Below the pieces are notes generated by a model. It saw only the letters and a list, made by a program, of their open reading frames with translations, had not been told where the DNA came from and made no database searches. Position numbers and translations under genes: made by a program. A DNA stretch of 63,611 bases, filler included, from Octopus bimaculoides (taxonomy: Eukaryota), in NCBI RefSeq assembly GCF_001194135.2. It is 5 parts of 5 records of this genome, joined end to end, with 100 filler letters (N's around TTAATTAATTAA, not from the genome) between each part and the next. Parts side by side here need not be neighbours in the genome. Positions count along the whole stretch, not along the records: positions 1 to 21,258 come from NC_068998.1; positions 21,359 to 43,899 come from NC_068995.1; 3 more parts are not named here. One strand, written 5' to 3'. Positions within the stretch are counted from its first letter, which is position 1. The number at the start of each line of letters is the position of its first letter. Positions 14,901-27,999 of the stretch are shown in pieces.

Positions 14901-17900
14901 AAGAATTGAAATATATGAACGTGTTTCGGAATGTGCTGTTTTATTTAACCTTAATATTATAGGACTGGTAGGCACTGCCATGTATTATCTTTCCCTATCG
15001 TTTTCGGTATTCACAGTAATATCGATTTTTATCGCTTTAGAATATGAGACAATACTGTAAGTTATCGAGGACTTTAATAGTCTCAGGTATGCGGACCAAT
15101 TTGCCGTTTTTCTTTACAAAGATGATGTTTTGTGGATTAAATAAAGACAACCAACGCAGTAAAATGTTATGCTTGATATTTCGTGAGAATATTGACTGCA
15201 AGGGCCATTAATTTCCATTCAGGTGTGTTATCTAATCCAAAGCAGCAAAGCAGATTAAGCATAGAATATCTACCGGAGGTCTAGCATAATTAATTATTTC
15301 AGAATATTTCTACCGTGCTGCTCTACCTGTAACCGCTATACTTTAGCTGCTCACTACTCCTAAATACTAAAAAAATGGTATTCGTTCTTTCTGATCCTCA
15401 AAGTCTATATTAGCGAAGGAAGTAATTTGAAAATTCAAGAGATGTAACTAGATATCATATGTGCTTGTTCCTATATGCATATGCTCACTCACACTCGCGT
15501 GAAACACATACATGCACACACACACACACGCACACACCTATATATATACATATATATGCAACCATACACATGTACACACATGTGTATATGTGTATGTGTG
15601 GGTGTGTTTGTGTAAGTGTGTCTTGTAGTTGTCAGAGTGGTGTGTGTAGGTGAGTGCATGGACGTGTTTACATATGTGTGCATTTGTGTGTGTNNNNNNN
15701 NNNNNNNNNNNNNNNNNNNNNNNNNNNNNNNNNNNNNNNNNNNNNNNNNNNNNNNNNNNNNNNNNNNNNNNNNNNNNNNNNNNNNNNNNNNNNNNNNNNN
15801 NNNNNNNNNNNNNNNNNNNNNNNNNNNNNNNNNNNNNNNNNNNNNNNNNNNNNNNNNNNNNNNNNNNNNNNNNNNNNNNNNNNNNNNNNNNNNNNNNNNN
15901 NNNNNNNNNNNNNNNNNNNNNNNNNNNNNNNNNNNNNNNNNNNNNNNNNNNNNNNNNNNNNNNNNNNNNNNNNNNNNNNNNNNNNNNNNNNNNNNNNNNN
16001 NNNNNNNNNNNNNNNNNNNNNNNNNNNNNNNNNNNNNNNNNNNNNNNNNNNNNNNNNNNNNNNNNNNNNNNNNNNNNNNNNNNNNNNNNNNNNNNNNNNN
16101 NNNNNNNNNNNNNNNNNNNNNNNNNNNNNNNNNNNNNNNNNNNNNNNNNNNNNNNNNNNNNNNNNNNNNNNNNNNNNNNNNNNNNNNNNNNNNNNNNNNN
16201 NNNNNNNNNNNNNNNNNNNNNNNNNNNNNNNNNNNNNNNNNNNNNNNNNNNNNNNNNNNNNNNNNNNNNNNNNNNNNNNNNNNNNNNNNNNNNNNNNNNN
16301 NNNNNNNNNNNNNNNNNNNNNNNNNNNNNNNNNNNNNNNNNNNNNNNNNNNNNNNNNNNNNNNNNNNNNNNNNNNNNNNNNNNNNNNNNNNNNNNNNNNN
16401 NNNNNNNNNNNNNNNNNNNNNNNNNNNNNNNNNNNNNNNNNNNNATGCACGTACGCACACTCACGTACATGTTCCTATATGCATATGCTCACTCACACTC
16501 GCGTGAAACACATACCTGCACACACACACACACGCACACACCTATATATATACATATATATGCAACCATACACATGTACACACATGTGTATATGTGTATG
16601 TGTGGGTGTGTTTGTGTAAATGTGTCTTGTAGTTGTCAGGGTGGCGTGTGTAGGTGAGTGCATGGACGTGTTTACATATGTGTGCATTTGTGTGTGTGTG
16701 TGTCTGTGAGTGTTGGTTATGATTGCTAGAATCCTATTGCATATGTATATATGTATGTGTTTAGTCTTGGAATGTGCATTGGTTTGTGCTCGAGAGTGGG
16801 GATATTGTGTTTGTGCATGTGTGTATATGTATGTGTGTGTGTTTGTGTGGGAGGTTTGCGTTGTATTTGTGTGTGTGTTTGTATATCTGTGTGCGTTTCT
16901 GTGTGTGTCTGTTGTGGATTTGTACCTGGGGAGTATGTTAAAGTATGTTGAGTTGTGGTCTGTATTTTTGAATAAGAACATTTTCCTTATTTATTCGTGT
17001 TTGGTCAACGGTGTTGTCTGGGCATTAATACAGTGGGAAAATTAGGAATTTGTTAGTATTTATATTTTAGCTTTCTTTAAACAGGCAATATTTTAAAGTT
17101 TCTAAAATTGTTTTCAAGTGAATAACATTACAAAAGTTTTTTTTTTGGTATATTTAAGAAATATTTTAAAGTGAAAATGACTTTACAAATGTGGTAAATA
17201 TTTCGTAAATGANNNNNNNNNNNNNNNNNNNNNNNNNNNNNNNNNNNNNNNNNNNNNNNNNNNNNNNNNNNNNNNNNNNNNNNNNNNNNNNNNNNNNNNN
17301 NNNNNNNNNNNNNNNNNNNNNNNNNNNNNNNNNNNNNNNNNNNNNNNNNNNNNNNNNNNNNNNNNNNNNNNNNNNNNNNNNNNNNNNNNNNNNNNNNNNN
17401 NNNNNNNNNNNNNNNNNNNNNNNNNNNNNNNNNNNNNNNNNNNNNNNNNNNNNNNNNNNNNNNNNNNNNNNNNNNNNNNNNNNNNNNNNNNNNNNNNNNN
17501 NNNNNNNNNNNNNNNNNNNNNNNNNNNNNNNNNNNNNNNNNNNNNNNNNNNNNNNNNNNNNNNNNNNNNNNNNNNNNNNNNNNNNNNNNNNNNNNNNNNN
17601 NNNNNNNNNNNNNNNNNNNNNNNNNNNNNNNNNNNNNNNNNNNNNNNNNNNNNNNNNNNNNNNNNNNNNNNNNNNNNNNNNNNNNNNNNNNNNNNNNNNN
17701 NNNNNNNNNNNNNNNNNNNNNNNNNNNNNNNNNNNNNNNNNNNNNNNNNNNNNNNNNNNNNNNNNNNNNNNNNNNNNNNNNNNNNNNNNNNNNNNNNNNN
17801 NNNNNNNNNNNNNNNNNNNNNNNNNNNNNNNNNNNNNNNNNNNNNNNNNNNNNNNNNNNNNNNNNNNNNNNNNNNNNNNNNNNNNNNNNNNNNNNNNNNN

Positions 17901-18356
17901 NNNNNNNNNNNNNNNNNNNNNNNNNNNNNNNNNNNNNNNNNNNNNNNNNNNNNNNNNNNNNNNNNNNNNNNNNNNNNNNNNNNNNNNNNNNNNNNNNNNN
18001 NNNNNNNNNNNNNNNNNNNNNNNNNNNNNNNNNNNNNNNNNNTATATATATATATATATATATATATATGGAGATAGACAGACAAATAGATATATAGATA
18101 TATAAATCGATATGTGCATATGCGTTTGCGTCACCACCATCACCAACACCACCGCTTGCCAATCTATGTTGATGTGCGTATGTACCTGTAACATAGTAGT
18201 TCGGCAGAAAAGATTGATAGAATTACTACTTAAAAAGTGTTTTGTTACCGAGTTATTCGGCTAAAAATTCTTCAAGGCTATGCCCCGGTATGACGGCAGT
18301 CAATTGACTGAAACAAGAAGATAAAAGATAGATAGATAGATAGATAGGTAGATAGG

Positions 18357-18409
<53 letters not shown>

Positions 18410-18603
18410 GAATAGATCGATTAAAATAAAGAAAGAAAGGTATAGATAGAGAGATATATGTATGTATAATGTTAGGGCTAAATTTGACAGTTTGCATATA
18501 TTTAATAGAAAACAAGATTCAAGTCAAGACAAATAATTTTTAAAACCAATAATATCAATTAGGTTATAGCTGGGAAATAACAGTTTAACTGAAATAATAA
18601 CCG

Positions 18604-18840
18604 TCAGCTCCTAATCACTTTGTCCCTGGCAAGATCTGCGAACACCTCTTTGATCTTGGGCTTGATGTTGCAAGCAAAGCAGCGGGGATCTTTCTCAACC
18701 GTGACTCGGCACATAGTTATCCATCAATTTTCAATTGTTGAAAATTAGGAGGCCAGATATTGGGGTTGGTGAAGTCCTAGATATTTTCCGAAAGACACTT
18801 CTGACTCTTTCTGGAGAAGTAGCAAGGAACCAAATCCTTC
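18604..18840 (-). mobile_element. Tc1/mariner (maT/DD37D-like) transposase C-terminal remnant
   Basis: KDLVPCYFSRKSQKCLSENI*DFTNPNIWPPN...VTVEKD..CNIKPKIKEVFADLARDKV. This resembles the QDSAPCH..SQ.WL..N...WPPNSPD..IKEVF pattern. Confidence 0.72.
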
Positions 18841-20489
18841 AAGTAGAATGAATTCAGACGTATGGACGGAGTCAGAACGCATGTTCTTATGCTCCCTGCT
18901 GACCACGGCACTGAAGACACCCTTCCGCATTAGTAATAATGCAGCATCTTGAAACCAGCCACGAATCATTATGAAACACGTAATTATTTTCCAATATTCA
19001 GATGGCTTCCAGTCTTCCATGTCAACCAACTTTTGTCTCAACTACAACTTTAATATTTATGCTGTCCAATGCCATTTACGAATACGTCAAGCTACTCCTG
19101 ATAAAAGGGTACATAAAATATCGTGAAATTTATCCCAAACACCCAATATGCATACGTCTATATATATAGATATATATAAATATANNNNNNNNNNNNNNNN
19201 NNNNNNNNNNNNNNNNNNNNNNNNNNNNNNNNNNNNNNNNNNNNNNNNNNNNNNNNNNNNNNNNNNNNNNNNNNNNNNNNNNNNNNNNNNNNNNNNNNNN
19301 NNNNNNNNNNNNNNNNNNNNNNNNNNNNNNNNNNNNNNNNNNNNNNNNNNNNNNNNNNNNNNNNNNNNNNNNNNNNNNNNNNNNNNNNNNNNNNNNNNNN
19401 NNNNNNNNNNNNNNNNNNNNNNNNNNNNNNNNNNNNNNNNNNNNNNNNNNNNNNNNNNNNACATACACACACACACGCACACACATAAACGCACACACAC
19501 TCAAGTACGCATGCGCACACACATACACCCACACCCTTACATACACACACACACACACACACACACAAGCAATGCATTAAAACGTTTGATTTTGTGTAAC
19601 CTCGTCCAACATCGATGCTTATCTATTTTTTTATAAACTCAGCTATTTACATCGAAAGCAAAATTCTGCAGAATATGGCTTATATATTACGGGAAGTCAA
19701 ATAAAAAATTAAAATAAAATAATAATGATAATCTATGACAATTCAAAACATCTATGGTCTCTTATTTATCTATTTGTATGCGCACTAAAATCTCTCATTA
19801 GATTCATTATCAATTATTATCTTAGATGCTATATGTCTATTGTTAACTTTCTACTTTTTATGTTCTAGAACAATAACATTGCAAATGAAAGATTTATATT
19901 ACTACATATAGCCAAGAAATACTTAATGAAAGAAATATTTCTATTTACAATATTGTTTTAATGGAGTTATATTTATCAAATTAACTTCATTATCGTGAAT
20001 GTGTAACAGAGACTCTAACGTTGTATACTGAACTTTGTGAGAAGAGAAGAAAAAGAAAAGAAATTCGCTAATGAGACGAATAACGTGTAACTATATTACA
20101 AACATCTGTTGATGTAACATTTTCTGTAGCCCACTTATAAATACATTTATAATGTGTTTGTTTGTCTCTGTGTGTCTGTATGGTGACACCTCACCACCTA
20201 GAATTGCTGCATTCGATCCCACTAAGTGCTATCTTTGGCAAATGTCATTCATCTAGCTTCGCGCCTATTCAAGCTGCGTGAATGAAAATTTGTCGATAGA
20301 AAATGATCAGAGATGTTCGACAAAAGCTATAAACCTGTGAGTCAATATCTACAGACTTGTTAAATACTGTATCACACTTGGTCTATCAAGAAATTACTTT
20401 AACCCTAATTCAATTAACCAGTTATTGATGTTATCGTATCATTGAATACTCATTGTTGTAATATATGCTGTTCTAGTGGCTTATGGGTA

Positions 20490-20705
20490 TCTATTTTGTC
20501 TTTTCTGCCTGTGTCAGTCATTAGACTGCAGCCATTCTTGAGCACCGCCTTGAATTTTCAGTCAAATGAATCGACACCAGTACTTACTAGTTTTAAAGCC
20601 AGGTACTTAATCTATCCCTCTATTTCGTGATAACTCTAAGTTATAGTGACGTAAACACACCAACAGCGGTTGTCAATCGGTGGTAGGGTACAAACACAAA
20701 TACAA
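20490..20705 (-). mobile_element. SINE family A, 3' half
   Basis: cagtcattagactgcagccat..gagcaccgcctt...tagtgacgtaaacacaccaac..ggttgtcaa is the reverse complement of the family A 3' region. Confidence 0.7.
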
Positions 20706-20730
20706 AGAGAAACACACACACACACGCACG

Positions 20731-20761
<31 letters not shown>

Positions 20762-21139
20762 ACACACACACATACACAAACACACACACAAGCACAAAAC
20801 ACACGCATAATTAGCCTTCCATGAGCCGCTCAAGCAGTCACCACTGATGGTGCCTACAGTATAGCCGATACTAGGCCTACTCTAATTGGTCCTCGAAGCG
20901 GCCATGAAGTGATTACCTTCCCTGTCTGCATACGTATAAATTTGCGCTCTTCTTACAACATTTGGAGTATTTTAACTCGTAGTTTGAGCAACGTAGGTGC
21001 CTCGGAAACGTTAGTCACACTTAGTGACGATCGCACTTTTCCTTTATCGTGTTACATTGAACCTGGCTGTTTAGATTAATTTTTAGTATACACATACATA
21101 TATATATATATTAGCAGTTTTACAAAACACAGCGTTAGA

Positions 21140-21245
21140 ATAGATACTTTGCTTACAAAGAATAAATACTGGGGTCGATTTTTTCGACTAAATTCGGTGC
21201 TCCATTATGGCCGCAGTCTCATGGCCAAAACAAGTAAAACAATAA
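21140..21245 (+). mobile_element. SINE family A, 3' tail fragment
   Basis: gcttacaaagaataaatactggggtcgatttt..cgactaaa..cggtgctcca..atggccgcagtc. Confidence 0.7.
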
Positions 21246-21302
21246 AAAAACTATGCGANNNNNNNNNNNNNNNNNNNNNNNNNNNNNNNNNNNNNNNNNN
21301 NN

Positions 21303-21314
21303 TTAATTAATTAA
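21303..21314. other. Artificial TTAATTAATTAA gap-spacer (also at 43944-43955, 53880-53891, 61228-61239)
   Basis: The same 12-mer sits centred in a block of about 100 bp of N four times. It puts stop codons in all six frames. Confidence 0.95.
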
Positions 21315-21599
21315 NNNNNNNNNNNNNNNNNNNNNNNNNNNNNNNNNNNNNNNNNNNNTATATATATATAAATATATATGTATGCATATGTATATATGTA
21401 TATATGTGTGTATGTTTGTGTGTGTGTGTGTGTACATATACATATGTGTGTGCAGCAGTTACGTTAACAAATGCAATCGATATTTTATCGATTTGTAATT
21501 AGCTCTGCTAATACATGGAAAAAATGATGGAATGTTTAAGAAGATTTGCTTTGCCTAGATATGGTAGTATGTAGATAAATTGCTAGTCATGACGCATAG

Positions 21600-21918
21600 C
21601 GATAGACAACAACAACTCATGATTATGATGATAGTGATCATTATCATCATCATCATCATTATCATCATCATCGTCATCGTCATTATCGTCATCATCATCA
21701 TTAACATCATCAAGAAGATCATCAATATCATCAGCATCAGCATCATCATCATCATCATCATCATCAACAACAACAAAAGCAAATACAAAACTTATAATGC
21801 CTTCAAATTTTGACAAAAGGCAATTAAATTTAGAGCAAGAGTTAATCGATTACATCTACCCTAGTGTTTTGCTGCTACATTATTTATCGAATCCGGAATA
21901 ATAATGATGATATTATTA

Positions 21919-21983
<65 letters not shown>

Positions 21984-22025
21984 GTTGTTGTTGTTGTTGT
22001 TGTTGTTGTTCTTGTTGTTGTTGTT
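21600..22025. repeat. Compound trinucleotide microsatellite field, (CAT)n/(ATT)n/(GTT)n
   Basis: Directly visible runs. They generate the poly-I/M/D/V ORFs. Confidence 0.95.
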
Positions 22026-22027
22026 CT

Positions 22028-22752
22028 AGCGTTCTATAGAGAGTTCGTGGAGGGAATGTGCGACGACGTTCTAAGGGAAACTTTGGGCGTCGATGAAGGT
22101 CAACTAACCGCTCTGTTTCAAAGAAATATGGGGCCTAGGCCTATGGATAACTTTCAGAATTCTCTGGCCTGGCATTGCTACCGAGGGGCGCTACCTGTTN
22201 NNNNNNNNNNNNNNNNNNNNNNNNNNNNNNNNNNNNNNNNNNNNNNNNNNNNNNNNNNNNNNNNNNNNNNNNNNNNNNNNNNNNNNNNNNNNNNNNNNNN
22301 NNNNNNNNNNNNNNNNNNNNNNNNNNNNNNNNNNNNNNNNNNNNNNNNNNNNNNNNNNNNNNNNNNNNNNNNNNNNNNNNNNNNNNNNNNNNNNNNNNNN
22401 NNNNNNNNNNNNNNNNNNNNNNNNNNNNNNNNNNNCCCATTTGATAGGGAGGTGCCGGCAATTTTTGTCGAGTGGCTGTAACGAAGGAGGTAGTATGGTG
22501 GGCTGTTTGAAAGGGCTAAAGACAGACACTTTCCTCTTTGGCCAAGCCCTCATCAACTTTTTTCCAGTTGAGGGTGGAGAGGGAATTTTTGCCTTGTAGC
22601 AAGTTTGTTGAAAGGTGGGTGAATGTTGGAAGAATGGCCAGTGTGAAAGGACCAGTTCTGAGCGTGCACCTGTAAAAAATGGGAATTAAAGGTGAAAGGC
22701 TCTTGCATATCCTTTAATGTTACCTTATCTGAGCCCCTGTGGCTAATAAAAG
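22028..22752 (+). mobile_element. Tx1/L1-like LINE, 5'-truncated 3' end (ORF2 C-terminus plus 3' UTR), spans a gap
   Basis: FYREFVEGMCDDVL...MDNFQNSLAWHCYRGALPV, then FVEWL..KEVVW..LKGLKTDTFLFGQALINFF. It ends gagcccctgtggctaataaaaga before (TAA)n. Confidence 0.8.
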
Positions 22753-22954
22753 AATTAATAATAATAATAGTAATTGTTGTTGTTGTTGTTGTTGTTATCA
22801 TCATTATTATAATTATCATTTTATTAATATTTAAGGATTGACATTACTCCCCCAGAAGGTAAAGGAACAATAAGAATAGTGCGACTGTTATCGAAGGAAC
22901 ACTATTTCGACACTCTTCTTATTGTTTCTTTACTTTCTGGAGGAATAAAATCTT

Positions 22955-24153
22955 TACCTTCTGGGTGGAATAAAATCCAAGCAGTTAATACGTGGGCGAT
23001 ATCATAACTTGGGGCTTATAAAATGGCAAAAGAGAGAAATGAAGAAAATGGATCTCAAGACCAGAAAAATGTTGACTATAGACAGTCTTCCAGCCAAAGA
23101 GTGACACCGATAGGCTGTACTTGACCAGAAGTAAGGGTGGGAGAGGTTTGGTCAGTTGCCCGGACTGTATCGAACCGGAGGAAAACAGCCTAGGGTAGTA
23201 TATAAAAATGCCGTTGGGCCATTGTTGAAACACAGGAACAAGGCTGGCGTCATCAACGCTGAAATTGTATAACTAAAGAACAAGTTAAAGAAGAAATGAA
23301 CAAAATAAAAGGAAAGGCATAGACGAAGATAAAAATGTACGGTCATTTTGCATGAACGCCAAGACAATACAGAGGAATGTGGCTTTGGATGAAGGAGAGT
23401 GACCTGAAGATAGAGACAGAAGCATTCATATACGCAGCTCAAGAACAAGCGGTAAGGACCAATTATATGAAGTGCAGAATTGACAGTATCAATAGCGACA
23501 AATGCAGAATGTGTGGTGAGAGGGGTGAAAGAGTATGATGAAACATTGTTATCGGATGCCCGCAAGTGACAACGCGAAAACAAATAATGCCATGACAATG
23601 GGCAAAAATAATCCATTTCAAGCTCTGTGGAAATCACGGCCTACAACGAACAAAGACGTGGTATGAACAAACCCCAGAAGGAATCACAGAAAATGAGAAC
23701 TGCAAAAAATCCAGTGGGATGTAATGATCCAGTGCGATCACCTGACCAGATATTGCGAGCCGGACATTGTTGCGGGGAAAAAGTAGAAAGAATATGTACG
23801 ATTATCGACATAGTATGCCCGGGTGGTAATAGCATCAATGTGAGAGAAGAAAGAATAAATTACTACGACAATTCAACTAGGGAAATACGCAGGTTGTGGT
23901 CAATGAAGAGAGTAGAGATGATACCATTAGTAATTGGTGCACTTGGAAATGTCAGCACTCAGCAATTAAAATGACTGAAAAGCTCGGTGCAAGTGTGAAG
24001 GTAGACCACCTACAAAAATCAGCATTGCTTGGAACTGCGAGAATTCTTCGCAGAGTTTTTGAAACATGATCATTAAACAAATGTCAGCTTAGTCTGTTGG
24101 CTATGGACAGCTGACACTTTCCATCATACCCAGCAAAATAATCTGTGAGTTTT

Positions 24154-24157
<4 letters not shown>
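22955..24157 (+). mobile_element. R4/Dong-type RLE LINE, 5'-truncated, ending in (TAA)n
   Basis: NKIQAVNTWA..KMDLKTRKMLT..DRLYLTRSKGGRGL; GDLKIETEAFIYAAQEQAVRTNYMKCRID; zinc knuckle CRMCG..ETL..GC; PD..IIDIVCPG..IPLVIGALG (RLE). 3' UTR is followed by (TAA)n at 24157-24223. Confidence 0.9.
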
Positions 24158-24223
<66 letters not shown>

Positions 24224-24490
24224 GCAAACACATAATTTTCTTATGGTTTCTTAAACATTCACTTGAACAAAACTGTACAAATCCAAATATATGGTACCCT
24301 AGGCATAACACCTACATGAACTTCTAACTTGTTGTCTCTTGAGGTCTCAGGGTGAGACTTGGATCCAACTTGTACAAATGCAAAACAAAAGTCAAACATG
24401 AAATAATAAGTGTTTGCTTTAAAATTTGAGATCACATAGACAGTATTTTACGTAGGACATGGGCAGTTCCCATTATTATTATTATTATTA

Positions 24491-26627
24491 TAGATGACGC
24501 ACAGATTAAGATATTGTGAGGTTGATTGAAGATATTATGCCTACCGGGTGTTTGTACTGTTTGTCAAGTCACCACATGGCGCTCAGACACACAACACTTT
24601 ACGCAATATGCGTGCAGGTCCAAAAGGTGCTGACTTTTGCAATACACCTAGATTGTAGAGAATTTCTAAAGTTTTCAGATGTTTTTTTTCTTTTTCAGAT
24701 TGGGTGTTACTGAACCCAATGCTCCGATGATAATAGGGATAACGTTTATGTTTGACGTTCATAGCTGCCACATCTTAGCGATCTCAATTCTTAGGTCTCA
24801 ATATTTATCAACCTTTTCTCCTTCTTTCATGGGGATCTCCTGGCACTACCTAATCAATTATTAGGCACACTTGTTTGTCTCTCCTAAAGGTTACTATATC
24901 CGGCCTTCGGTGCTCTAATACCTTGCCTGTCTGGAAGTCAAAGTCCCAGAAGATTTTTACCTTCCCTTTTTCGTCCTTTACCTTTCCCGGAGTAATTTGG
25001 TACCAACACACGTAACCTCATATTCATACGGCATAGTAGCCAGCGGAGAGTTTGAGCTACCTTGTAATGTCTACGCTTGTACTCTTTCTGCGCACGACTT
25101 TCACAAGCACTGACTATGTGAGTCAAGCTTTTGACCCTCTTCCCACACATTCTGCAGAGGTCCTATGCACTTGGTGTGGTATATATTCTTTTTCACTGAG
25201 TTGTTATTCAATGCCTCGTCCTGGACAGTGATGATCAGACTTCCAGTGTTCTATTTTAGGTCACCCTTGTTAAGCCACTTCCATGATGCTTCCTGGATTT
25301 TTAATCTGTTAGTTTCGCGGTGGATCTAACCATGTAATTCAATGCGGAGTAGAGTTTCTTCTTTCTCGTTGGCTGTTCTTGATCTGAATTCATGAGTACT
25401 CTCAAGTCCATTTTCGTTAAATCCTTCTGCATTAGCAGCATACTGTAGCAGGCCTTATTTGCTGTTTACCAAATATTCTGCGATGTTTCTTTTTTCACTG
25501 TTGATGCACTCTCGTATGCTAATCCGCCCACGTCTATCTTTACTCCTCTTCATGTAGAGCCGGTGCACCTTCGCCTTAGTGTGGAGGGCCCCATACATTG
25601 TCATTTTCTCTCGTTTCAAAATAAGTACCGCACACTTCGAATTCCATCCCTATATCGTTGCTGGACATTTGCACAGTCTCTGATTTTGCGAACTGTTTTA
25701 AACTATCCATGAGGAGAAGGTGGTTGCGTAGGACTATAGAAAGTGGGATCAAAGTTATAACAAATGACAGAGGTGAACAAGAATCTCTTTGGGAGATTCC
25801 TCTTTTGATTGTTACCTCGGCTAAACAATGGTTGTTACAGAGAAGACGTGTTTTTCAACTAGGCATGCTGTTCTTAATCAAAGCACACACGTTCTCAGTT
25901 ATACCACATATGTCGAGAGTTTCCAAAATCCACAAATGTGGCAACATGTCGTAAGCCATTTTGAAGTCTATCCAGGCCATGCATAAGTTTTGTTTGGTAT
26001 CGTTTACAGTTCTTCCTTATAACATTCTCCATCACAAAGTGGTCCTTGGTGCACTTGGATCCTTTTCGGCATCCCTTTTGTTACTCTGGCAATAGTTTAT
26101 TTTCCGCAAGGATCGTATATCCCTGCGAGGATACCTGTTAATACTTTCCATAGGAGGTTAAGACAAGCAATGGGTTGGTAATCGCCAACCTCATTGCCCT
26201 TTGACCGATCTTTCATTAAGAATGTTGTTTTCCCCTCTACAACCCACTCCGGAACTGCACTACTTTGTAGTCTAATTGCAGCGAAGTTCTCTTTTGTGTT
26301 GATTTAAACTACTTGAGCCAGTTGCCTTGTCGTCTGGTCCAGCTGCTTTCCAGTTTAGCAGTTTTTATACCTGTGTAATGACATCCTCTGTCGTTATGCG
26401 CCTGTCGTAGAGCCTCCGGGTGATGGAGTTCGGATCTAACGAAATGAATCCACTCTGTACCGTGGTTGTGTGAAACTTCTTGCCTCCAGATGTTATTCCA
26501 AATTTGTTGGGTTTCATCTGATTCAGGAGGTGTATTATCTTCTGTATTTCCTCCGAAGCCCTTCAAAACTGCCTCTGGTTATTTGAAAATAACTAGTTTT
26601 GCTGGAACTGCGATATGCGTATTCTTC
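24491..26627 (-). mobile_element. R4/Dong-type RLE LINE, internally deleted, flanked by (TAA)n on both sides
   Basis: QN*LFSNNQ..IWNNIW..HNHGTEWI; RT blocks YQPIACLNLLWKVLTGIL, QKGCRKGS, MAWIDFKMAYDMLPH, GISQRDSCSPL, NHLLLMDSLK; CRMCGKRVKSLTHIVSAC..RRHYKVA. (ATT)n at 24472-24490 and 26628-26641. Confidence 0.9.
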
Positions 26628-26649
26628 TTATTATTATTATTTCTTTTTT

Positions 26650-27515
26650 CACTTATTGGCCACTAAGACCGACATATAGGGGACAATACAGTAGGCGGGG
26701 ACATTTCGATTTTACACAAAACGAGTAAACAATTAGGAAAACAATAGCAATAAACGTTTAATAAGAAAAGTATAACAATGAGATGTGCTCAATAATGATG
26801 ATGGCCACCCAGGGTTGACTCAGATATCTCACCAATCCTGAAACAACCGATGCTTCGAGCGTACCTGGGAAGGTACAACTCTCTTCCTCAAATTCACCAG
26901 CCTACAGCCGCACTTTTGGCATAGGTTCACTCACACAGGCAATTTTAACAACATTGACCCACCTTTCAGCAAATGTACTGGGGGGAATCACTTCTCTCTC
27001 CATCCCCATCTTCCTTTCAGAATGAAATTTTAAAAAGTTGTTGAGGGATTGGCCAAAGAGGAAAGTGTCTGTCTTCAGTCCTTTCAACTTGGTCCACTGT
27101 ACAACCTCTTTCGCTACTGCTACCAGACAGGAAAATTGCCTGCCCTTCCTGGCCAAAGGAAGACGGCAGATCAATCTTCACTATGGACTCGGCCGATAAC
27201 CGGATCTGTCTTACACGCGACATGATGGTGAGGCGGTAGTACATCACGGAGGTAATATACATATTCGCCACCTCAGCCCGATCTTTCAGTGACAGATTCC
27301 TTGCAGCCCATTTCTGGGTGAGTCTGGCTACTCTGTTCATCATCTCGACCTAATTCTTATCCACCTGGCGGTCTTTCCGAACTAAATCCCAAGAACCTTT
27401 ATCAGTCGCTCCGTCCGTCCTTCCAGTGCCCAAAGACGCAGTTGGACAGCATAAACGTGCCTCTCCAGCTGCCGAACTGCAAGCCGACGGACATTCCCGG
27501 GTTACGTTTAGCTCG
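26650..27515 (-). mobile_element. Tx1/L1-like LINE, 5'-truncated
   Basis: SVGLQFGSWRG..IKVLGI; TQKWAARNLSLKDRAEVANMYITSVMYYRLT; VAKEVVQWTKLKGLKTDTFLFGQSLNNFLKFH..FAERWVNV. The 3' end tgtattgtccc..gtggccaataag is homologous to those at 22730 and 39080. Confidence 0.85.
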
Positions 27516-27964
27516 CTACGCGTAATGGAAGTGTCTGTGATGCATATTCATTTGGAAATGGTAAAGATACATATGCTAATTCCCAATTCACAAGCACGCT
27601 ATCTTCCTTCGCACCGTACTTGTGTACTAGCTCGAGGCAGAAAGCGCTTGTATTTGTACAATAAGGATGCCATGCATCTTTACAATAATACTCTCATGTC
27701 TCATCGAGTCATGCAATATCGTCACAATTGTTTTTGTTTTAAAGAAAAGACATGGTTCGCATTAAATCAATCACGCTAAAAAAATTATGGCTACTTTCTT
27801 TTGGAAGCCTTTATTGTCTTTCTTGCTGCCTTTTAAAAATGTATCGCGAGGTATGTTATCAGAAGCACAATTTTCACTGATACATATATGGGCATATGCT
27901 TTCACACTCATACACGCACATAAATAATTTTAAATACATGTGTGTGTATGAGTGCGTGTGTACG

Positions 27965-27999
<35 letters not shown>

